This document shows, piece after piece, positions 23,301 through 36,938 of a DNA stretch of 64,000 bases (its first letter is position 1; each line of letters opens with the position of its first letter). The position numbers and the translations under genes were made by a program. The notes beneath the pieces were generated by a model. The model did not search any database. It saw nothing but the letters and a program-made list of their open reading frames with translations, and was not told the origin of the DNA. This DNA is from Podarcis liolepis (Eukaryota), in NCBI GenBank assembly GCA_965112155.1, contig OZ218101.1, one strand, 5' to 3'.

Positions 23301-24137
23301 GTTGTTTTTTAAAAAAATAGCAACAACAACAACAAGAACTCCCATCAGTCCTAACCAGCTTGGCCAGTGGGTGATGGGAATTGTAGTCCAACAGCATCTG
23401 GAGCTCCACCCTTACTATACGGCATGTGCTTCTTTTAGACAAAACAATCAGATGAGATATACTTTAACAATACATGATCATAATTGGCTCTGTTTGCTGA
23501 AAACTTATAAGCAATGAAGTGTGCTGCTGCTTCCCTCCTTTCTTCTTGAAAATTGTCGTTAACACAAGGAGTAATGTTTTTAAGAGGTCAAAAGACACAA
23601 TGCAGTGCCATCATTTTTATGACCGTCAAATTAATTTATTTATCCATTGCCTGCACCTAATGGAGATTGACTCTCCTGGTTCCCTGCTGTAATGATGTTC
23701 ACTGAGTTGAAAATGAAGATGTTGGAGGATAAAAGTAGTGCTCTGACTGCTATTGATTAACTGTCTTGTTTGCTTCATTGTTCAGGCTTCATTAGCCTCT
23801 TGGGCAGAGAGGCACCCCAGTATAGCATCCCTGACACCTTGCTGAAAAGACGCAGGCTTTTAAAATGGCAGCTTTACTTAAAATACAGTTTGATGTACAA
23901 TTATTGATGGCATAGACAAAGACAACATCTGATAAGTTAGAACAGAAATACAAACAAACAAAGAACAACTCACTGAACTATACTCATATCAGCCTCATAT
24001 CAACAATAGTCTGGAAAAAATGTTATTAGGTTATAGATATATTAACTGCAATAGTATTTTACAAAACACACACACAGACACAAAACAGCAGAAGAAATAG
24101 TAAAGGAAAATGTAGTATTTTAAGAGCTGGCCCAATA

Positions 24138-24367
24138 CAGTGGTACTTCGGGTTACAGACGCTTCAGGTTGCAGGCGCTTCAGGTTACAGACTCTGCTAA
24201 CCCAGAAATAGTACCTCAGGTTAAGAACTTTGCTTCAGGATGAGAACAGAAATCATGCGGCGGCAGCGGGAGGCCCCATATCTAAAGTGGTGCTTCAGGT
24301 TAAGAACAGTTTCAGGTTAAGAACAGACCTCCGGAACGAATTCAGTACGTAACCAGAGGTACCACTG
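24138..24367 (+). mobile_element. Tc1/mariner (Tigger-like) MITE
   Basis: TA-cagtggtacttc ... gaggtaccactg-TA. Confidence 0.9.
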
Positions 24368-25202
24368 TACTTTTGCTGTGCCTTCCCACCACGAGGGCCA
24401 TCAGCTGAAAAAATATTGTGGTACCATGCAGATACCAGTTCCTGCTCTCATCTATCCCATGCCCCCCCAACATTTTGGGACGGCAGTTCAGGGCACCCAA
24501 CCTTCACCCTGCTGACCCCATCCCTCGCCCGTCTCTGGCTCACCCACTTGCCCTCTCCTTTCTCCTCCCCCATCCCACCTACCTTTCTCCAGTTGTTCGC
24601 CTCTGCAGCACCCGGCCTGCGCCATGTTGGGAGAAGCAGTGTGTGTCAGCCCAACCTTCTGGCAGGCTATGCCTAGCCTGCGCAGCTTCCCATCTTTTGG
24701 TCCCTCACCCTGGCGTGACCAGCACGGGGCACCAACATCGGGACATTCGGGACTGGGGACAGAAGCCTGTCATAATTGTTCATGTTACAATGTTATGAAA
24801 GATGGAATCATCTTTTTTCTTTAACCACCATGTCATCTGGCAGTTCCCCTTTATCACTGACAATTCACTGCAAACCTCATGGTTTTGTGCTACACGTATT
24901 TGTAATCATGAGGTTCTCATGGTCTTCTTTTCATCATGGGCACAATTCAGAAGAAAGTAGGTATTCTTAAGAGCCATTGAAATCAATATGAGGCCCAAGG
25001 AGTGTTCAGTGGTGTGTGTGTGTCCCATTGATTTTATTATGATGTGCCCAGTAGCCTTACCATTATCCAGATTATGTTTGAGAAAGGGCTTTGTACATGG
25101 AATGATACATGCACATAAAGATGGGGAGGGAGGTTCCTGCCCCAATCAGAGTTCACCCGAATGTGAAAAATCTCTATGCACGTAAATTGCTTGTAGATAC
25201 TA

Positions 25203-25552
25203 AAGGTAAAGGGACCCCTGACCATTAGGTCCAGTCGTGGCCAACTCTGGGGTTGCGGTGCTCATCTCGCTTTATTGGCCAAGGGAGCCGGCGTATAGCT
25301 TCCGGGTCATGTGGCCAGCATGACTAAGCCACTTCTGGCGAACCAGAGCAGTGCACGGAAACACTGTTTACCTTCCCGCCAGAGCGGTATCTATTTATCT
25401 ACTTGCACTTTGACGTGCTTACGAACTGCTAGGTTGGCAGGAGCAGGAACTGAGCAACAGGAGCTCACTCCGTCGCGGGTATTCGAACCGCTGACCTTCT
25501 GAACGGCAAGTCCTAGGCTCTGTGGTTTAACCCACAGCGCCACCCGCGTCCC
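25203..25552 (-). mobile_element. Full-length Sauria SINE
   Basis: Head and tail intact. Perfect 13-bp TSD cttgtagatacta (25190-25202, 25553-25565). Confidence 0.95.
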
Positions 25553-26724
25553 CTTGTAGATACTATTCCACCATATTTGTTGGCAGATTCGGGGTGGGTA
25601 GCCTCCACAGCCACCTTCACACATTCCTTGAATGCATGAGTGGGTTCACTTAACCTCCCCAATGAGAGGTAAGCAGGCAGATGAAGCGTTAAGTCCCATG
25701 GATTTTATTGGAACTGAAAAACACAAAAACCTCCTTTGAATGATCATTTTTCTGTATTTTTTCTTAAACATTTTGGAACAGCCATTGCATCTTTCTAACA
25801 CATCCGATCAGAGGTGTACCAAAGCTCCCTTGTTCCATTGGCAAGGAACTGTATTGGTGCCCCAGGAGATGGGAGGGCGGGCAAGCAAGCTCCTAGTCAC
25901 ACCTAGCAAAAACAGAGAGGAGTGATTTTTGCAGTCCCCGGAACTTGGTGGGGGCCAATCTGGACAACCCCTAGGGTTTGCCCCCACATCAGATACGTGA
26001 TAAATGCATTTAATTTAACCCACTCTTCCCAGTCTGCCTCCAGATAAGATATTGTACATGTGTTTGTGTATAAATTCATGCATGCACATTAATTAAAGTT
26101 AAAATATGGAACTTACTTCTGTCCTAGTGATTAGAATGTGTAAATTTCATGGCAGCAGATAGTAAGAAAGCTTGAACTGGATTAATTTTTAATCCTCTCC
26201 CTCCCCCTTTAATAGTGGTATTTGTTTTGTGGATAATCTATGTAGCTAGGTAAAATGGAGAAGCCCGAAACATCTGCTAATCCTTTCACAATCAGAATGG
26301 TTTTGTTTTTTTGTTTTTACCAAAGCAATGCCAGTTAAATGCAAATATGTATTTCAGGTCAAATACAAATTTCTGCGTATCATTATTTTCATTTTATAAT
26401 TGCACTAAAAGCAACTGAGTAAGGCCTGGATTGTAAGCCTCCTTGGGAACAATATGTATGCTACCTTGAGTTCCATTATGAAAGAAAGGTGGGATATAAA
26501 AGTAAGCGCTATTGGCAAAACATTTGCATGGCCTGAACTGGGCCCATAAAATATACAAATGGTGAGGAGTTTGTTCAGCAGATGCAGAAATGGGGGGGAA
26601 ATGCAGAAAAATGATTTAACACATACAAAGATGTTTTTGAATGAATCAGACTTTGCTATTTAATTTACATTTCGAGGGCTCATTAGGATGATGAATGACA
26701 CTGGTGGAGAACAAAACATACTTC

Positions 26725-26888
26725 NNNNNNNNNNNNNNNNNNNNNNNNNNNNNNNNNNNNNNNNNNNNNNNNNNNNNNNNNNNNNNNNNNNNNNNNNNNN
26801 NNNNNNNNNNNNNNNNNNNNNNNNNNNNNNNNNNNNNNNNNNNNNNNNNNNNNNNNNNNNNNNNNNNNNNNNNNNNNNNNNNNNNNNN
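26725..26888. other. Assembly gap (164 N)
   Basis: Run of N. Confidence 1.
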
Positions 26889-27182
26889 TATTAACTTGCC
26901 TGAAGTATGGAGTACAAAGGCTCGTGCTATATAAATAATTCTAACCAGCTATGTTTATATTACTGGCAGCTGTACACAAATTAGCTCAATTTGGATTTAT
27001 TTCATCTCAAAATAAGAAAGCATTCCAGACAGTGTCACCTTTAACTCACTCATACACTACTGAGATGGCAAAGCGCTAATAAATTGCTTAATACCTGGGC
27101 CACGGGCATGTCACTTTCTGGGGAGAGACCTGCAAGAGTGTCTGATTGTCTGATTCTACTTCTCCCTCTCCCCCTCCCTCCC

Positions 27183-27222
<40 letters not shown>

Positions 27223-27804
27223 TGCATACCCTCCAACATTCATCAGATGAAAATAGGGACATTTCTCACCCCCCACAACTGACCCTCTGCAACCCCCCCC
27301 CATTTTTTGTGACTGCAGACCTTTCCCCATCAGAAGAAGGGCGAGAAATAGGACACTGCGCACACGCCCTCCACCATTCATTAGAAAACCCCTTAATCCT
27401 GATTTTATTTTATTCCTTGGCAGATTTGCAAAATAAAAGCATGCACCAATATATATATATATTTTTAGAAAGGGGCAAGTTTAGACGCGGATGCACAAAA
27501 GCATTTTTTAAAATAAAAAAAGACTCGTTGCACTCCGCTTCACTCGGCTTGAAATATGGCAGCCCTAATTAAAACAAATATTGCTGCTCCCCATTGAGTG
27601 TGTTTGAGTGTGTAACATTATATACCACATGATTGTAAGAAAACCTCTCAGTTGTTTACACAAATATAAAGTAACACATTAGTATTATTGATTAATTAAA
27701 AAAACAAACCCAAACCCCTGATTTTTAAAAACGAAAAGCTAAAAAAGCTAAAAGCTAAAAAGACATTAAAACACTTCTACGTGCCTCGATAGGTTTGCCT
27801 AAAC

Positions 27805-28012
27805 CAGGGGTCAGCAACCCGTGGCTCTAGAGCCGCATGTGGCTCTTTTACACCTTTGCCGCGGCTCCGGGGCGGATACTAGCGAGGGGAGGAGGCGCAT
27901 TGTGTGCCCCAACACTCCCCACTGTTTTAAATGTCGCAATGGTTTTGCGGCTCCCAGTTTTTTTTTCTTCGGTCTAAGTGGCTCTTTTTGTCTTAAAGGT
28001 TGCAGACCCCTG
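27805..28012. mobile_element. hAT MITE
   Basis: TIR caggggtc(a/t)gcaacc and perfect 8-bp TSD gcctaaac. Confidence 0.9.
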
Positions 28013-28029
28013 GCCTAAACAAAAATGTC

Positions 28030-28235
28030 TTAAGCAGACAGCAAAAAGAATATAGCAAAAGGAACCTGCCTAAGGTCAATAGGCAAAGTTAGTGCTGCCA
28101 CACTAAGAGATTGAATCCTTACACATGTGGTATGAGTATTATGTGGCAGCTGTAGCAGGGCCAGATCCGCAGATTGAAGCGGCTGAGTGGGTATGTATGG
28201 GGTAAGGTGATCCTGCAAATAAACTGGACCCAAAC
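28030..28235 (-). mobile_element. L2-like LINE fragment
   Basis: Minus-strand peptide MGPVYLQDHLTPYIPTQPLQS...LSVAA resembles the L2 ORF2 C-terminus (GPxYLxxxL..RxLRS..FSVAAP). Confidence 0.6.
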
Positions 28236-29972
28236 TGTTAGGGTTGTGATTACATCTTAGAAAGTCAAAGACACTGCAGAGAGAGTTGATAACCCTTAAC
28301 CCGCTTAGAATTTATCCTACCTAATGTGAAAACTCTTCCCCATCTTGGCTATGTTGGAGAGAGAAGCTGGTTGTGATGAATTACTGGGGAAGAGAAAGAC
28401 AATCTATATGGTCTGCACATACTGGATAAGATTTGGAAACTTGAGTCCATTGTTGTGGATTTATTTTAGTAGTGTTATACCTTTTAAATTCCACATTCAC
28501 CCAACGTTTTCATATTCTGTCCAAAGAGGGTGCCAGGTATTTTACCATTCATGACCCACCATGTCCCCCCAAAAGCTTTGTGCACACTTAAACAAATACA
28601 TATACACTTGTGCATTTGCTTATAAACGCAAAGAGCATTTCACAACGTCATGCGCATTCGAACTGCATCTGAAGATAACATGTTAGTATGTTTGGGTGCA
28701 TTACGCCTCATTATCTAATTGCTTCTTCAGTATTCTGCAAACGACCTGATGTTTCCATACAGTATAGCCACACAGTATAAATGTTGCATGTATACACATT
28801 TGTTTCCTGAGTTTCCTGCTGCCCAAAAATAGTTCTGTAGTTCCATCAGTGCATGAGTCAGAGCTCTGGAGGATGAAAGAAATCAGAAATTGCATTTGCA
28901 TGTGGTAAGGAAATACTTCAGTGTAAGCTTTCCATAGAAGTGTGGAACAGTAAGTGCCACACAGCTTTAGTTTATTCATTATGAAATGATGTGGAAGTGT
29001 TTGATCTTACACTTTTCCTTCCATAGTCAGTCCTGACTTTCTTTAACGAGTTTGGATGACAATACAAACAGCTACAGTGAAACAGCAAGACTGATTTTTC
29101 CCAAGAGCAATTGTACTGCTTATTCGTAATGCAAGTTTGTTTCAATCTCTTTCTGCAGTGGTTGCTCTGACAGAGAGATCACTGGTTTAATTTTCTTTTC
29201 CAAATACATGAACAACCTCACACATGTCAGTGTATATTCCTATTCAATGTGTAAGATAACAATGAACAAATTTTGTGTTTTTCCAGACACACACACACAT
29301 ATTATATCCCCTTTTCAACATGGTGTAGCAATGTTTCTATGATTTATGCAGCTTGATGTGAAATATTTTCTATTAAGGTTAACCAATTAAGGGTCAAAGC
29401 CAGTGCATAAATGAATAAATGTTGCAGTTCTTTTCCAAAAAGGGTTCTGCTTTGCACACTTGTATGCACGTGGAACCAGATATCATTGCATAGGATATTA
29501 GCCTTCATGTCTGTTTTTGTGAATTTCTAAAGGCATTTACATTTTTTTATTATTTTAAAAAACAGCACTCCATATGAATATATTTGCTTTCATTTGTTGC
29601 TCATCTTCATCCCTTCTATTTTCCTTCTTTGCCCCCACGGCCATTTCATCTGGTTGTGGCGAACCATGTGGATTTTATTCAAAGACATCAGGAGGCCACA
29701 TTTGACATGGTGGCAACATAAACGCTCGTAAAGAAAAGCATACGCAGCACCTCAGCCAATCAGATTAAAGAATGTGAGGGCAAAAAGTAAGGCTAGGGAA
29801 ATGAGAGTGAAGGAGGAGGAAAATGGGGTCGAAATGAAGCTGCAGCTGAGGATGTTGAACACCATCAAAACGCATAAGATCATCAAGATTAGCTGAGGTT
29901 TCGTTCTTTGTTTTGCAGTAACTCTTGGACTATGGAGACTAAGCCAATCTCAAAGTAGCTATTCAAATGTTT

Positions 29973-30297
29973 GGGGAAAGGGTCATAGCTCAGTGGTAGA
30001 AGATCTGCTTTGCAGGCAAAAGGTTCCAGGTTCGATCTTCCTGTTCTCCATGAAATCCTGGAGAGCTGCTGTCAGTCTTTGTAGATACTGTAGTACTGAG
30101 CTACATGGACCTATGGCAGGCATAGGCAAACTCCGGCCCTCCAGATGTTTGGGACTACAATTCCCATCATCCCTGACCACTGGTCCTGTTGGCTAGGGAT
30201 GATGGGAATTGTAGTCCCAAACATCTGGAGGGCTGGAGTTTGCCTATGCCTGACCTATGGTCTTACTCTGTATAAGGCAGCAGCATCCTATGTCCCT
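29973..30297 (+). mobile_element. Squam2-like tRNA-derived SINE interrupted by a MITE
   Basis: A box tagctcagtggtaga, B box ggttcgatc and tail tataaggcagc..cctatgtccct. Confidence 0.75.
30117..30252. mobile_element. Palindromic hAT MITE (136 bp)
   Basis: 58-bp inverted arms with one difference and a perfect 8-bp TSD acctatgg. Confidence 0.93.
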
Positions 30298-30970
30298 AGC
30301 GTGAGAAAATATTAAGCAAATATTCACCCCTATAAGTTCTTCCAATTCTCTGAACATATTACTTTTTTATTTATGCTTCTGCTTTGCTATTCCCCCACCG
30401 CACACAAAAGAAACTCAAAGCAGCTAACAACAATACAGTACGCGCAACAGTTAAACCAAACAAAATGCATTAAATAGCCACACCAAGTTTTGATTCCATT
30501 CAACCTAGAATTTGTTTTTTTTTCTTCATTCAGATCCAAGTAGGGTCAAGGCCATTAAGAGGATTTGTGGACTAGCAGACATCAAATTAACACCCCCCCT
30601 CGCCAGAATGTAGAGTGGACCAGATGGATGTATCTACTCCCATTTCCAAGTAATTGGGCACTCGCACTAAGCGTAATTAGTTTTCTTTCTTTAAGCCAAG
30701 GCGTTAAAAGTGAGTCACTACTTCCAGTGATGGCACATTAGTGGACACGCTATGGGCATTCTCTTGGCCTCCCAAAGCCGCAAACTTCCCCATAAGCCCC
30801 CAATAAGACAGGTTCTGGCTAGGTGTCCAGATTCCTCTACTCAAAAGGGTGATTGACTACTTTAACCTGTTCCTGACCGGGCTCAGGAAAAACAACATTT
30901 GGTGCTCAGTTGAAGGGGTCTTCTAATTGATCAAACAACAAAATCCCCTACAGAGTAATGATAATTAGTA

Positions 30971-31229
30971 CAGTGGTACCTCTGGTCGCGAACGGGATCC
31001 GTTCCGGAGGCCTGTTTTCAACATGAAAAGAGCGCAACCTGCAACGGCGTGTCTGTGCACGCACGGGTTGCGATTCGCCGCTTCTGCACATTTGCATGAC
31101 ATCATTTTGCGCTTCTGCGCATATACGAGCGGTGAAACCTGGAAGTAACCCTTTCCGGTACTTCCGGGTCGCTGCGGGACATAAACTGAAAGAACGTAAC
31201 ATGAAGTGGACGTAACATGAGGTATGACT
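30971..31229. mobile_element. Tc1/mariner (Tigger-like) MITE
   Basis: TA-cagtggtacctc ... gaggtatgact-TA with a CpG-rich interior. Confidence 0.8.
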
Positions 31230-33215
31230 TACGGCCTTCTTTCTTTACCTTATGTCTGTACCATTCAGGCAGAACTGCAGGTCCCTGGATGCTTAGGTGA
31301 AAAGCTTTGGTCTCACTATTCACCATCCAGTGCTCAGCATGAGAGGGAAAGGCACTTCTAATTCCATTGTGCAGGCCAGCAGTGACAACTACAGAAACAG
31401 ATCTTTGGGAGCAGGTATCAGAAGGCCTTATCTCCAGCCTCCTTTGTGCAATGCACTCAAGCGCAGATCAGAGGGGTGTCTCTGTGAGAGTGCAAGAGAG
31501 AGAGAGAGCATTGACTTTTTGTTCAGGTGTAAAAGTATTTAAGGTCAGCACCCCAAATAAATCTTATGTAATAGTTTCTTTATTATGAATTTGTGGCCGT
31601 AGCCTAGGTCCATTCTTAATATTTCAAGATGGCTTTGGAAATATCTGTGGTCTTATCCGTGTTGCAGATTATGGACAATATTGATACGATTTCTCAAATG
31701 ATTAGATTTTTCTTTATGTTCAGAGAACTCCATCTATTCAGTGATTTATGATTCATTTAATTAGAAAAGCTCTTAACGCTCAGGCAGAGTACAGGATTCT
31801 CCCCTCCCCCACCGCCATCCAAGCCCAAAGGTGCATTCATCGTAAAATAATAAAATTTGTTCTGTTCACTAAAACCTTTATAATTATTCAGTAATGATAG
31901 AACAAGAGCTGATTAATAGGTTATTAATTGTTATAACCTTTTAAACATATGAAGCGAACACTCTTAGGGGCTTTTTTTATAGCCACGGAGAAATGGGCTG
32001 AGGTCTTTCCCCCATCGTAGTAACTGATAAATGACTATGCTATAATTTCCAGATATCCTTAATAGTGCATGAGCCAGGGTGAAAATTACTCCGAAACAGG
32101 ATAATACTACCTGTGGCTTTTGGGGTTCTCGTTAATGGCAAGTATTCCATCATCAGATAAATGTTCAGTGTTTTTCTAGCTTGGGGGAAAGGGCAACAAC
32201 TTGTCTCCCCTTCCTGGCTTTCCCCGGATGCTCTCCTTCCATTATTCTATGTTCTTTCCCTCTCCTCGCATCCCACGCCCATTCCTCAACCTCCATAGGG
32301 ATGCCACCTCAACCTCCATAGGGACGCCTCCCCCACCCAGGCAGGTATGGTGGAAGCAGTTTCTATGGCCCATGGGAATTTCCCCATATTCAGACTGCAG
32401 TGATACCCACAGATTCTTGAAGTGGGTGATTCTTCAGTCCCCCAGCCTCCTTGCCAACTGAAGAGGAGACCTGCAGAGCTTTTCGGCCTTAGCCTTAACT
32501 CCCTTTTTTTCCTGCTGCATTCGTTCGTATAATTTTCATCTCAGTAGGACTGAATACCAATGATCATTTATAAACAGTTTTTCTCATTATGTTCATAGTT
32601 ATAGCATTATTTTTTATAGCTCGCTAATTACAAACACACGAAACAGCAATGTTTGGTGTTAAATAATGTAAACAGCAATGTAATTCATTTTCACATTACA
32701 TAGCTTTTATTGATTTATTGCTAATTTACTTTTTAAAAAGGGGGGATGGGTTCCTGGAATAAACTATCTATTTCAATATGTTGCGCTGTGTAGTACTAGC
32801 TGGTGTTTAGATTCACATTACAGTGTTGCAGAAAGGTCAATTGTTCCATAATGTCCTCTTTTGTTGTAAGTGTCATTCTGTTACAGAAAAACAACAACTA
32901 TGCAAATAGGTTCTTGGTCTTTTTCTGGAAGAAGAAAAAACAAGCTTGTTGAATATATGCAGTTGCTATCCTATTCAGGCTTACTTTGGAGTAAGTTTCA
33001 TTAAACACTAGACATCAACACACCCCCCCCCGTGCAGTTTTTGAGGGGGTGTGGGAGACTTCATATGGGAAGAGTGCAATATGAAGTCCTGTTGTACAAG
33101 TGGAAATCTGTCCCACTTGTACACAGACACCCCTGGAGACAACCCTTTGGGACTTACTTCTGACTAAGCATTCATAGGACCGCTGTTTCAGTGGCTTAAG
33201 GCTGTTGGTTTACAC

Positions 33216-33495
33216 CAGAGGTCAGCAACCTAAGGCCCATGGGCCGGAAGTGGCCTACAGAGGTCATTGGACCGGCCCATGAGCCACCCTGAACTGAAGT
33301 GCCCGCTCGTGCCCTGCACTAAACCAGCACAGCGTGGTGCGGGGACTTGCTTCCACGGTGCTGGAAATCGGGTCTGCGCATGCACAGACGCTGGAAATTG
33401 CGCATGTGCACTCATGCACACACACAAATCCAGCCCACAGAGGTATCTCCTCGGGACCAATCCGGCCCAGGCAAGATAAACCTTGCCAACCCTTG
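33216..33495. mobile_element. hAT MITE (7000-7264 family, opposite orientation)
   Basis: Degenerate TIRs and a perfect 8-bp TSD gtttacac. Confidence 0.88.
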
Positions 33496-35639
33496 GTTTA
33501 CACTCTGTCTTCCATTTGTGTGGAATTTTTAGAAGGTTTTTATTGGTTGTGTTTGTTGTGATTGGTTTTAGTGTTCATATTGTCTTTGTAAATAGCTTTG
33601 GGAACCTTTTATGAGGATAGCCACTAATCTGCATTTGCCCCACATTTGTAATAACACCATTGTTTAGTGTTGCAACCCCTACACTTTGGAACTCCCAGCT
33701 TATTGAGATCAAGCAAGCCCATTCACTCTTGTTGGCGCCTTCTAAAATCATTCTCGTTTAGTCAAGCCTATGTAGCTGCTTAGGAAATTGAGATCATTTT
33801 AATCTGTTTCAGTATTTTAAATTTCGTATGGTTGCGATTTTTAAAATTGATGTTACTGTTTTATATTTTGAAAACCGCTTTGGCTTTTTTTTTTTAACAA
33901 TCAAGCAGTTTATAAATTTTATTAAATAAATAAGCAAGTCCCACTGAAGTAACTAAGAATTGCACTGGAAATCTCATTGGCCCTTTACAATGAGATGTCT
34001 GCATCATACTCTGTTACACAAACATGTGCACAATGTGCTTCTGTTCTGAACAGCTGCATCTTTGCAGGTTTTCCAGGAAAAAGTAAAACTTACTGGAAAT
34101 TGAATTTTCTTTTAAGGGAGCTGTTCTGGGTTAACAAGGTGCATATGGTTGTTCTTTTTTGACAGTTTGCATTCAGAGGCGAATCTATCAAATCCATGCT
34201 TTCTGAAACAACATGAGAACCAAAACACATTTATCATTCATAATTCACACTTACCTGAACTTTTAAGTGCAGTTTTTCAACCACTGTTTGCAAAAATGCA
34301 TATATTTGGTAAAAGTGTGCATTAAAATGAATATATTTGAGAAAATACAAAAATGCACTGTATAACGAGAAATTGCCTGCAGAAATGTATACATTAGTCA
34401 ACGCTGCATACAAGTATGTGTTGAGAAATGCGCATTAAAGTGCTGAAGAATTTTCATGAGGATTTTTTAAATTTCTGAGTAACCACAAGCACTGTATATG
34501 CTTAATGCTGACTTTTAAAATAAAGCATTAAAAACTGAAAGCTTCTGTTAAAAAGTGGGGCATAAATATTTCAAATTAAATAGAAAAAATAAAATTGGTG
34601 TGAAAATGCAAAGCATTAGTGGACCTTGGTTTTTATTAAGGCTGGGCACTAATATGCTGTGCAAATAGGTTTATCTGCTACAAGGAGAAAAAGATCCAAT
34701 TTCCTCTATGGAAACTTTCCAGAAAAAAATAGGTATCTATTTCAAACAATTATTCATACATTAATGCACTAATAAACATGTTGCAGCAGATAATGTACTA
34801 TGCAAAATACATTTTCAAAGAAGCCCAGCTGGCTCTTCTGGAAAGACAGTGTCTTTAGAGGCAAGTAACTAAGCCCTAGGTACTTTTGAGAATATCCTGT
34901 TTTTGCTGAGTGCAAGGAGTGCTGATAGGAATCCAACAGCATCTAGCAGGATGAGCTCTGCAGTCTGCAGTAGCAGTTTTAATTATGACCATTTTCCAGC
35001 AGCGTGGCAAGAGAATATGTTCAGCTCAACATCCATTTTAATAAATAAGAAAAGCATTAATATACTGTGACAAAGTATTGATTTTCTGCAATCAATCTTT
35101 CACAATAACAATAAAAGCCTTATATTTTATTAATAGAACTATACAGTTCCAGTCCATTACATCTCCTCTTATTGTTTCTGGACTGCAGTGTGTGTTTTTT
35201 ATACGAGCAAAATGTTAAAGAGTTATGAGGATGCCTGGCTAGAATGTCTAAAAAACATTTCACTGGAGGTGCCCCAGCATCTTTTATAAAGTGAAATATT
35301 ATCAGTGCAGCTGTTTATAATTGATTACTCCAATGTTGCTGGAAAACTAGAGAGGGTTGAAGAGGTTTCATTTCCCCCGCTCCTAACCTTAAGAGGTTTC
35401 AATCACAGTGTAAAAATCCCAGGCCTTAGTAACAAGAAACAGTCTGCACTCCAGAATCATCTCAGCGCTTGCATACTAACCCGTTTTCCTGTGGACATAT
35501 TGAACACATGGACCATTGACAATTATTCTTCTACAATATCATGTTCAACTCTCTGAAGAGCTATTGTCTATATGTTAAATAAAACCTATGCACCTTTACC
35601 AGTGAGTAACAGTACAATCCTATCCAGTATAATGGATGT

Positions 35640-36446
35640 TGGGAGAAAAAATTCCCATACTTTCATATATTCTCTAATGGGGACTGAAGTGGCAGTGATT
35701 AACCAGGAATGAGACCTTGGGATCATAGTGGGTAGCTCAGTGAAGATGTTCACACAATGCTCAGCAGCTGCAAAACAGGCAAATTTCATGTTAGGGATCA
35801 TTAGAAAATGGACTGAGAATAACAACATGGCCATTATCATCATGCCACTATACGAAACGATGCTGAGAGCACACTTGCAATAAATATTGTATACAGTTCT
35901 GGTCGCTGTTGTAGAGCTGGAAAGGTTTCACAAACGGGCAACCAAATGACCAACAGATTGGAGTCACTCCACCATGAATAAAGGTTACAACATTTAGAAT
36001 TTTTAGTTTAATGAAACAGGCAAGTAGAGGATGACAAGACAGAGGTGTGCAAGATTATGCATGCAGTAGAACTTGAAACCATCCAATGAAACTGAATGTT
36101 GGAAGATTCAGGACACACAGCAGAAAGTACTGCATCAAATAATTAAACTATAGAAGCGACACTCACAAGACATTGTGATGACCACCAACTTTGATGGCTT
36201 TAAAAGATGATTAGACAAGTTCATGGAATATAAGCCTCTGCATAGCTACTAGCCACAATGGCTATGTTCTACTGCTGGAGGCAGTATTCCTCCAAATTTT
36301 AGTTGCTGGTCACCAAACCATGGGTGAGGGCTATTGCATTCCATCTTACTTGTGGGCACCCCATAAGCATCTGCTTGGCCATTGTGTAAACAGGAAGCTG
36401 GAAGATGGTTTTGGCTTCATTTAATAGGGCTCTTCTTATGTTCTTA
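35640..36446 (+). mobile_element. Decayed CR1 LINE 3' end
   Basis: Recognisable ORF2 remnants (gaccttgggatcatagtg; gcaaatttcatgttagggatcattagaaa; cagttctggtcgc) and a 3' UTR ending ctcttcttatgttctta. Confidence 0.8.
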
Positions 36447-36643
36447 GATCTGCTCAGAAGTCTCTTTGGGTCTGGGTTGAAGTCCAATCCTATGCACACT
36501 TAGTTGTAAGTCCCATCAAACTATGTAGGACTTACTTCTGACTAGACAGATGTCAGACCCACTGCTTTCAATATATCTTATTCTCTGGTAAATGCATAAT
36601 TTCATTCTTAGTGGGATGTATCAGTGTGTAGTCACTGTGCATC

Positions 36644-36938
36644 TGTTATGTACTGAGTTGAATAGGATCCAAAATGCAGCAGTCTGATTGGTCCTAGAAC
36701 AATAGGATCCAGAATGCAGCAGTCTGATTGGTCCAGAGGAGCCACCCAACCCAACTCTGGGTGGAAGTGAATCCACAACCTGATTGGCCTATAGGAGAAT
36801 CCCAGAATTAGCCAATCACGTGGGGCCCATTGTGTAAATAATGTATATAAAGCAGACATTTTGGGGGAACTTCCATTCCTCACTACTCTGAGCTGAATAA
36901 AGAGCATGAAATCCACACTCGACTCCGAATATATTTCA
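36644..36938 (+). mobile_element. Solo LTR (295 bp)
   Basis: TG...CA ends, perfect 5-bp TSD gcatc (36639-43, 36939-43), CCAAT boxes, TATATAAA at 36844 and AATAAA at 36896. Confidence 0.9.

Noticed and set aside
26688-26934. ORFs spanning the N run, and the poly-Ile or YIIL ORFs at 820-1086 and 51776-52087
   Set aside because: Artefacts of the assembly gap and of microsatellites.
29980-30050. tRNA-like sequences here and at 5837, 39031, 56725 and 62294
   Set aside because: They are heads of tRNA-derived SINEs with SINE bodies and tails, not intact tRNA genes.
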